Below, piece by piece: positions 54,901-64,000 of a DNA stretch of 64,000 nt. Source of the stretch: Macrostomum lignano. Its lineage: Eukaryota. Below the pieces are notes generated by a model. It had not been told where the DNA came from. It saw only the letters and a list, made by a program, of their open reading frames with translations, and searched no databases. The translations under genes were made by a program, and so were the position numbers. The stretch's first letter is position 1. Every line of letters starts with the position of its first letter. Where the stretch lies: assembly GCA_002269645.1 (NCBI GenBank), contig NIVC01000161.1, positions 81,287-145,286 on the forward strand, given 5' to 3'.

Positions 54901-57006
54901 GAGCCCCGAGGCCCCTGTTTGTTTGTCGTGCCCAAACAAGCGCATGCGGGAATAGGAAGGGGAGCAGAGAGCGGAGGGGAGAACGGTGCATCCAGTTCAG
55001 TCTTGTTAGTTGGAAGTGGAACACACGCAGGCGCGCACATTGCTGCAATCGCATGCGCGGGGGGGTCTGAAGAAGAAAGAAAGAGAAAAATAAAGAAGAA
55101 AGGGAAAAGTTGCAAAATTCAGTTATGACCGACCCGAAAGCCCCTTGTTTCTTAGCAGGCGGAACATAAGGAATACGAGAGACAGAAGGAGAGGGGAGGG
55201 GGCAGCCATGGACGGAAGGACAAGGAAGAACCCCGTCAGTCCAGACGGCTGACCCACTTGAGGCAGAAAGCAGCAATGCAATGCAATCAACCAAGGTTAT
55301 ATTGTGCTGCTATAACTGCAGCCCTTGATATGACAGTTTCGGCAGGACAATTTACTTATTTTACAACACAAAAACTGAGTCATAGGCCTTAAGAAATTGA
55401 AATCCAATAGATTATTCAAATTCAAACCATAATTTACTTTGAGTTGGGAATCCATTCGAAGATGGTGTTTTTCTAATATTAGCTTTGCCTAAGAACAAAG
55501 ACTATGACTTTGTACGGGGCAAGCAATCGAATGTTTCGGTTGCTGTACAAAAACACGAATGTACAGTGCTACAGAAAATTCTCACCTTCCACGTGGCCTC
55601 GTTTCGTCGGAAGAACGCGAAACTGCGCTGAAACCAAATGTAGATCTCGTTCAGCGTGAGCTGTCGATTGGGCGATTCGATTATTGCCTGCGGCAGTGTC
55701 AAAATGTGCAGAAATTCTTGCATTGCGCTCGTAAATAAAAACTATAAAAAAGATTATCGCCATCGCTTGCAAGATAGACCATCAGCTTACCTGCCGAATC
55801 AATGATGCGTATGTAAACGGCGGTCGGATGTCGTTTTTGTTGTAGAAATCACGATTCTTGTGAAAGTCTGAAGTTTTGAAAATTAGAGTCTGGTGATTGA
55901 AATGTTTCGATTTTGAAATGACATTTTTCAGTTTAACAGAATTTCAGCTTTCCAACCTCCTCCTAGCGGCAGACCGGCTTTGTCGGGCAGTCGGCCCCGC
56001 CTCGACGCCGCAGCAGCAGCTGCTGCATTCGAAGACATCCCTGTCGTTGGAGTCGCTGTAGCTGCCCCGGAGGCCATCGCCGAGATGGCAGATGATGGCG
56101 CTGCGGAAGATGTGACGGAGACAGACGCAGCCGCAGCTGCAACCGCCGCCGCTGCAGCCGCAGCCGCAGCCGCCGAGGCGCCATTCTGAACCAGGCCACC
56201 CATCGGAGAGGAAGCAGCCGCAAGCAGAGCAGAGTTAAAATAGATTTGCTGTTGTTGCTGCTGATGGTTGTTGTGATGCAAACTTTGGTCTCGCGTTGTT
56301 GTTGTTGTCGGCTGCTGACAGGCGACGCTTGCAGCTGCGGCGGCGGTGGTGGCAGCGGCTTCTCGGACATGCTTCGTCATAGCAGCCAGCCGCGATCGTT
56401 CGTCCCCGAGTGCAGCTTCGAGGGCGCGCACGCAGGCTGACTGGGCGCGCAGTTGACCCACCGCTGCGCTGTCAAGCGGGTGCTCGCGGGACATGTGCGA
56501 GGCGAGGTCCGACTGGCAGAAGGCAGCAAAAAGGCTCAGGATTTTAGCAATAGGAGTCAGCAAATTCAAATCCAATCCCTAATCCGAACGTCTTTTGCCC
56601 AGTGAACTGCCTGCGTAACTAATTACCTGGGAGACACTCCTGTAGGCACAGCAGGGCCAGCGACACTGCCCGGTGCCACCGGTGGTCAGCGAATCAGCCG
56701 GGCAGGCGTTTCGCACCAGTCCGGAGGCCTCCTGAAGTGCGGCCGCAGCCGATTCCTGCAGACTGGCTGCATTCGCCTGCATCATCTGCAAGCTGCGCAG
56801 CTTCCATAGAGCCTCGGGGTCGTACAGGCAGCCCCAGCCACCCTGGCTTAGTAGCAGCGCAGTGGCAGCAGCGGAGGACAGGTCAGTCGGCAGCTCCGTC
56901 AGGCCTAAATGCTGGGGCTGAGGCTGTTGTTGTTGTTGTTGTTGTTGTTGTTGCCAAAGCTGAATTACATGTCGCTGCAGTTCCTGCTGATTTGCTGCAG
57001 CCTGCA

Positions 57007-57037
<31 letters not shown>

Positions 57038-57438
57038 TTGCTTTGGTACCTGAAGTATAAAAGTTTAGAGATTTCGATTCTTCACATTTTGCTTGTGATT
57101 ATCTACCATTGCGCTCGCAGAGAGTCTAATTGCTATTCAATTTGCACTGAGTAGGTTTGCATTCTAGGGTTCAAACTTCAATTTTAATCATCAAACTGTG
57201 TACGGTGCTTCTGTCTGACTGTGCTGGGGTTTATAAGGTGGGCGGTACGCCGCAAGCTATTAATAGACTGGCGTGACGCGGCCACCTAGGAACGTAATTA
57301 TGTTTAGAGAACTTTTCTTTTTACCTGAGCGCAATCTGGACTAGCCGAACTCGAGGACGGCGACTTGTTTGACAGGCTCACAGAGTGCTGCTGCTGCTGC
57401 TGGTGATGAGGCTGACTGAGGTCCATGACCAGTTGCAT
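51925..57438 (-). CDS. FoxP: Forkhead box P transcription factor (572 aa)
   Basis: Exons 57438-57325, 57049-56627, 56512-55957, 55867-55791, 55687-55586, 53940-53789, 52219-51925 (1719 nt, phases consistent). PolyQ, C2H2 zinc finger (CRWPCC...HMSREH), leucine zipper, and forkhead NRDFY...[30 protein letters not shown]...[38 protein letters not shown]. Confidence 0.95.
52325..52710. repeat. 21-bp minisatellite (CTTCGGTTGCATTGACCCCCA)n in the last FoxP intron
   Basis: Directly visible. Confidence 0.97.
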
Positions 57439-58051
57439 TTGGATCCCGTTGGATGCTTTGACAATTTTCAAAGCCTGAGCTATCCAATTTCTCTAGCCTA
57501 ATAAAAATTGTTTGACGGTAAGCAGCACCTGCAGCAATGAATAAAATGCTTGCTGCCTTTTGATTGACAGTTAAAGAGCAACCTCTGATAAAGGGGATTT
57601 CACCTCAGCCTGTTAGCTTGGAGAAGCAATAGCTTGAGAAGTACGTGTATCGGGAAAGCCTTCTCCTAGCTGATCGTTGTAACCTGCCTCCTCCGGACGT
57701 CCTCTTGTGTCTTCCCCCTTTTCTCTCTTGCTGCTTTTAATTGATCAACGGAATATTTTAAATGCGCTCTCAGTTTAGTGTTTGTATATGTTGTGTGTTG
57801 GAGGGGTTGTGTGTGTTGTTTCGTCCACACGGACTCGCCAATAGGGGAGGCAGAGAGCGCAAGCAGCCAGGGGTTGTTGGTGGTTTGGGGAGAGATCAAG
57901 ATTGGAGCGCTGCAGTGTTTGGCTGCAAGGGGAGAAGCAGGGGGTGGGGGTGGACGCGAAAACGCTTTTTGGAGGCCTTGTGTATTGCGGTGGGGGTGGA
58001 GGGCCTCGGAAGAGAGCGGAGGTTGGGTTGGTTCAGTTGCCTGTTTTCTGG

Positions 58052-58212
58052 GTAAACAGTTGGGGCTGAGGCCACGGTAAATAACTGGGTAAACAGCATA
58101 TGGATTGGTATTTACACTGTGGGAGGGCCTCCCCGCCCGATAAATGCTTATCTCGCGCGCTCAAGCCTTCGCTCGCCCCACCCGCGCCCACCCCTCACGC
58201 GCTGAATAAACA
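58052..58212. promoter_or_regulatory. Forkhead-motif (RYAAAYA) cluster upstream of the FoxP coding start
   Basis: GTAAACA at 58052, GTAAATA at 58077, GTAAACA at 58089 and ATAAACA at 58206. Confidence 0.45.
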
Positions 58213-61200
58213 ACACAAACAGCGGCTGTTGGGGGGAGAGAACGCCAAGCAGGCCAGGCAAAGCTGAAGGCAGTTTTGCCTTTGCTTTAGTTTAGTCCCC
58301 AAAACTAAACTAACACACACACAGCAGCAGGCCCGAGGGAGAAGAGAGGAGGCCTTCTAAAAGCTGTCCCCCTTTTTCCAAATCCAATGTGTTTGTATGC
58401 GGTCGTCAACTGCCTGGGTCTGTGTTGACTGTGTGTATTGTAGTGTAGAATATATTGGAGTAGAGCTTCGGAGAGATTTCCCTTCTCTGGTTTGTTCCTT
58501 CTTTTCAATGCTTTTGAATAGTCCAATGATCTATTATGATGGATCGAATTTTCTTTGTTTCAGATTTAGATGCATCCTTTTTAAACTTCAGAAACTTTTT
58601 CAGACTTCAGACACTAGACATTAGTAGACTAGACAGTGAAAACTTTCAACTATCACGATCATTATTTATCATATCATACGTACGCTCGTACGATGAAATG
58701 GGACGAGCTTTGAAGCTTTGGAACTACAACTTAACAACTCCTCATAGCGGCACTTGTGCCAGTTCGCGCCTAAAGCACTGACCGTAGATTTAAAGTGTGC
58801 GACTGCGCGCTAATGTCATGCACGCGTTTGTCTCCACAACACAACGTTGACAACTGACAGTGACAAGTCGACCATCACATGAGGGGACAACGCCCACTTG
58901 AAAAGAGAGTCACTAAAGCGACAAAGCCAATCGTTAGGCGAATTCAGGGCCGGGGTCAAGGTCAACTGAATCTCGTGAGAATCGAGAATCTCGCGAAAGT
59001 TTACAGTTTGATGAATGAATTTCACTTTGCTTGATGTATTTAATCACCGACACCAATTCGTGTATTTCGTGATCTCTATGTTGAATCAATTGATACACTG
59101 ACTGCTAAGGCTGAACATTGAGTCATAACTGTAATACTGAGTACAAGCGTTGAGACTTGAGTGTCTTCTTCTTTGACTTAGAGTCTTAGACCCTATTTTT
59201 TGCTGAAGCAACAACGCTTTATTTAAGAAAGTGTGACGCTAAGTTGCGCATATACAACATGTTGCCTACGGCTTTATGGCTTATGGCTTATGCTGACATG
59301 ACAATAGACAACGGGTCAACGACGGGACAATCCGTACACGTTGCTACTCCACATCCACAGCATAGCTGCATAGGTGATATTGTGAATTTGGGACAAGGCC
59401 TAAAGCTGAAGGATGTAGAGAAGAAAAGGAAGTGTTGCTTTTTAGCTTATGAAATAGTCCTGACCCCCCCCCCCTAGACAATGACAGTTTTTTATGCAGA
59501 TGGAGGCAAGGTGGTGGGGTTGCTTGTGTACAGTACTACTCGTACAGTGGTTGCTTGTTTAGGCTGTTTGTTGGCATGGGCTGTATTAATAATACAGGGA
59601 ATGGGAGATGTAGAAAAGGAAGGAAGGGAATGTAAAGGTAGGACTAGGAACATAAGCAAACAGCACAAGATACGCATGCACACAAACACAAAGTGCTTCA
59701 GTCAGTCCGCAGTAGTATTATATTGTTAATTCTCGTTCAGCTCAGACTCCACAGGCTCCAGGGCCGAGGCAAATAATATTGCTATAATAAGTATTTGCAA
59801 TATTAGTTGCGGGCAGCTTATATGAATTCCATATGAACTTGAATAATAACAGTTGGAATTTGTGTGGAATGGAAAGGGAGGGGACTTGCGGTAGAAATTA
59901 GTCCGGCCGCTCCGGCGCTTATGTTGTGCGCGTGCGTACCCTGGCCGGGGTTTGTGTTGTGAGTCAACAAGGTAAACAAAATGAGACAGAGGAGAGAGGG
60001 AGGCCACCACGGGGGTCCCGACGGCCTCGGGGGGGGGGGGGGTGGAAGGCGCTGAATGCCTGAGTAATCAATAACTTTCCTGCCTCAGCGCCTCTCAGCC
60101 TACCCCGCCCTCAGTTTTCACTCCCTTATTTGCGGGGCCCCCAGTTTTGTGTTTGTGCGCGCGGTTTTGGGGTGGCGGGGCTGCTGGCTGGCTGGGCTGG
60201 GCGCGTTTTCGGGGCTTATTTAGTTTTTAGACTGTTGTGTTAGGCCTTGGCGTTTATTATTGATCGCGGAAAACGGACCAAACAGCCCCCAACCTGCATG
60301 CACCCCTGCCCCCGCCTCTCTCACATGGCGGGCGAGCTAAACAAACAACGGGAGGTTGGTTGGGCTTGAATTAGTTGGCAGACCGCTAAAACCCACAGCC
60401 TCACCATCAACGTCCTCTCTTGGCTTTCCTTCTCTATTCCTTCCTTTCTCTCTCTCTCACTCTTTGGTCTCTCGCGTCGCGTTCAACAAACAAATAAAAC
60501 TTTGTGTCCAGTTCTAGATGAGCGCTGTGTAAAGCCTGCTGTGCTGCTATTACTGCTATAGGCTTAGACTTCCTCCATCCATCAATCCTTTCCTGTCTCT
60601 GTAGTCAAGCTACTGTACTGATAACTGGTGTCTTGATTGTTAATGCTATACTTTTTGTCAAAAAATAGTTTATCAACCAGTCTGTTTATTAGAAATGTAA
60701 AAGGCGTTTAGGAATGATTTTCTGATAAACTCTGATTTCGTAATAAATATTTGTATGCAGAGCCATTTTTTCAAAATACTAATTCTCCATGCATCGTTTG
60801 TTTTTTTTAAATAGAAAATAAACAATCGCACGCTTGTAGTTCTACTTGCAGCTGTATATAGCAGAGTTAAGCATAAATTTTGGCTGATGAAAAATGATAC
60901 AATTTTATTAGGAAGTTGTAAGCAGCATCCATTCACAAATACGGACAAGCCAAGGACCACTAAGTTATACAGCGCTGCACTCTAAACTGGCTACCGAAGG
61001 CTGACCTTATTCTACATTTAAATAATGTAAATTTAAATACATTATTTTAATAATATAGTTAAATAATGTAAAATACTCGTACAGCACTAACTCCTTTCAG
61101 CGCCTCAAGCACACATTTTGATGCCACAGGCATTCATTTTGGCGCCGAAGGCGCTATATATTGGCACCCTGTTGAAAAATTATTAATTTCCACAACGGGT

Positions 61201-61557
61201 CATAAGATGGGGTGGGGTGGGCAAAACATTGGCATGTTTTTTGCATGTTTTTGGGACGATTGGCATGTCCCCCATAGCTTTTACAAGGGGACATGCCCCC
61301 CCCCCTGTCCTCCCCCAGTGGCGACGCCCTGTTTCATTTTATTCAATTGCATTCCATTCCAATACACGTAGGGTTGCTTAAAACTGCGGCCTAATCTGTC
61401 CCCGTCAGTATACTACTGATAGTAGACTTTGCTTTAAAAAATTGCCAATTTTAAGACCGCAGCGCTTCTTGTTTAAAGACTGACCATAAGTACTGAAGCA
61501 TACATGATACAAGTATGTACAGGTAATTATGAGAATGTAAACGCGGCATTAGAAGAT

Positions 61558-64000
61558 TTAGCTAGTAGCTTGGTAGCCAACACCGCAGCGTCTGGTAAAG
61601 TTGATGTTGCTCTCGTACTCGAGAAATTTGGAAGCTCGCAATGGGTCTTTGTTGTCAGTGAGTGTCGGAGCCTGTGAAGTGGGTGTTGTGTATATTCGAA
61701 GCATTGCTAGCGCCATTGATTGAGATAATAAGTTTCAATGTTGCAATTCTATTGCATATGCCAATTGGTTTAACTGCAATTCTTTACTCTGGGGGGATCT
61801 TTCTGAGGGATGAGATTCTATGTAAGAGATTTATCAGAGGTAATCTTCTGGTGGTGAGATTCTAAAAGACACGTTTCTGGAGGGATGAGATTCTCATGAG
61901 TATAATTAGCTTCTTGGGGTGAGATTCTAAAAGACACGTTTCTGCAGGGAGGAGATTCTATTGTAGAGATCTCCAAACACAGTAGCCTACTAAAAGTAGT
62001 AACATAAAATTATGAACACAAATTTAAAAATAGCTATGTGTCATACTCTATTTTTAGTAATACCAGTCATATCACGCAAACAGCGAGTGACTATGCTATT
62101 GTTCGAAAAACCGGTTCTCGACATCTATTTTTAGAACTTCCAAATATGGTAAATGTTAACCTGAATGTAACCCAAGTCTCACCCCTTTCTATTCAAAAAC
62201 CCCACCTGTCAAATAATAAAATTCCTTTCGTGAACTCATCAAAAAAACCGGTTTTGAGCTCAAGGTCGATTCAAGGCCGACAAATTGTGTATAAATACAA
62301 ACGCAAAATCCGAGCTGAAATCTCAGACTCGGAGCAGCCTCAATTGTTTTAAGAGATTCTAAAAGACACATATCTGGAGGGGATGAGATTCTCAGGAGTA
62401 TAATTAGCTTCTTGGGGTGAGATTCTAAAAGACACATATCTGGAGCTTCTTGGGGTGAGATTCTAAAAGACACATTTCTGGAGGGGATGAGATTATCATG
62501 AGTATAATTAGCTTCTTGGGGTGAGATTCTAAAAGACACATATCTGGAGGGGATGAGATTCTCAGGAGTATAATTAGCTTCTTGGGGTGAGATTCTAAAA
62601 GACACATTTCTGGAGGGGATGAGATTATCATGAGTATAATTAGCTTCTTGGGGTGAGATTCTAAAAGACACATTTCTGGAGGGGATGAGATTATCATGAG
62701 TATAATTAGCTTCTTGGGGTGAGATTCTAAAAGACACGTTTCTGGAGGGGATGAGATTCTCATGAGTATAATTAGCTTCTTGGGGTGAGATTCTAAAAGA
62801 CACATATCTGGAGGGGATGAGATTCTCAGGAGTATAATTAGCTTCTTGGGGTGAGATTCTAAAAGACACGTTTCTGGAGGGGATGAGATTATCAATTGAA
62901 GGGGCTGAGATTTTCGGGCGAGATTCTAAGGCAACGTCAAAAGGACAAGACAGTAAATAGTGGAAATTCTTGTGACGGTTCTCAAAAAAATAAAATTCAG
63001 TATTGTGCTCGAGCGATTCCTACTAAATGATGATGAAAAATTCACCTGCAAAAAGATGCCGAGCATGCCAACAACGCTCGATAGACCGAAGCAATACAAG
63101 AAAATGCGATCCAAGATCAGCGCGATGTACTTCCACTCCTCCTCGGTGTTGGCCACCGACTCGCTATCGCGAATTCGTTTAGCAATGGACCGGACACCCC
63201 GCAGAGCGGACAGAATGCTGGCGAGGCACTCGCGATCGGCCCGACTGGCTCCGGGCTGACTGTAGCGGTGGATGCGCCTGCTGAGGCTGCTGCAGCTGCC
63301 GCTGGAGCCCGCATCGCTGTCGCTGTCGCCTCCTTGGAGAAGCAATCGGTTTACAATACTTGTACGAGTAAACTTCTACTTATAGCGTCTACCGGAGCGT
63401 TTCAAATTATACCACCCATGGACGTCCGAGCATACAATTTCAGAATCCCTAAGCCTTACCATTACCTGTCTTTATGCGGTCGGTCTTTTACTTGCCCCAT
63501 CAAAAAAGTTCTTGCGCGGCGACCGAAAATTCTGGATCGATACCATGCATTGCAAACGTTTTGAGGACTGTGTAAGAGCTCGCATGCAAAATTGGGAGAA
63601 TTGAGACTCAGGGATCGTCAATCAGGCGACTTGGCAAATGAAATATTTTGGGGATTTGTCGCGATAAGCGAGTCAGTACAATTAAAATTGAAGCATATTA
63701 AATTTTGATGCCCAAATGTTGAGCAGTTTTCATCACAGGATTCTATTTTTGCCCTTTTTTGGGGTGGGAGCCGTTATGGAGGAATATGGCGACTATTAGC
63801 TTTTAACTATCTATAAAAGAGTTTCTGAAAAGACCGATGATACTACAATATTTACCTTCATCGTCGTGAACGCCTTGAAACCGAGCAGTCTCAGAAGAGT
63901 CCTCAGCTTCGCAGCCATCCCGTCATCGACGTTTGGCCCGTCCATCATCAGAGGTCCAGGTAGCACCTGTAGAAAGAGTCGCTTAGCCCAGGGCGGCACC
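61558..64000 (-). CDS. 3' end of a nicotinic acetylcholine receptor (Cys-loop) subunit; 5' partial
   Basis: Exons 64000-63856 (MX helix PPWAKRLFLQVLP), 63332-63046 (MA + M4: ALRGVRSIAKRIR...EEEWKYIALILDRIFLYCF...GIFLQ) and 61671-61558 (APTLTDNKDPL...*). There is a phase mismatch between the first two exons. Confidence 0.88.
62355..62890. repeat. 72-bp minisatellite in the last nAChR intron; related copies at 61860-61950
   Basis: Unit GAGATTCTAAAAGACAC...TCTGGAGGGGATGAGATT...GAGTATAATTAGCTTCTTGGGGT. Confidence 0.95.

Noticed and set aside
62425-62925. nAChR terminal exon running in frame into the 72-bp repeat (24-aa Cys repeats)
   Set aside because: The acceptor is a degenerate repeat copy; exon 61671-61558 gives the family-typical FLQAPTL..D ending.

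Overview
Eukaryotic (metazoan) genomic DNA with GC3-rich spliced genes whose introns are packed with unrelated minisatellites. This pattern suggests a free-living flatworm such as Macrostomum, which is an inference and was not verified. Gene models built by hand from GT/GC-AG sites and phase continuity are: (1) the last two exons of a tail-anchored protein with a divergent KASH-like C-terminus; (2) a 2-exon secreted WSC-domain protein; (3) an 11-12 exon calbindin-32/calretinin-like hexa-EF-hand gene, with a GC-AG intron and a candidate 21-nt microexon; (4) a full-length young Mag-like Ty3/Gypsy LTR retrotransposon with two in-frame TGA stops; (5) a 4-exon orphan gene with an in-frame TAG; (6) a 9-exon SLC17/VGLUT-like transporter; (7) a 1344-aa membrane-anchored rifampin-phosphotransferase/PigC-type dikinase; (8) FoxP; (9) the 3' end of a nicotinic acetylcholine receptor subunit. 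Also present are a foldback/Harbinger-like MITE, two tRNA-derived SINE-like elements, and about 30 distinct tandem repeats. Most very long ORFs in the supplied track are repeat artefacts. No CRISPR array or rRNA is present. All family assignments rest on recalled motifs; no database searches were run.
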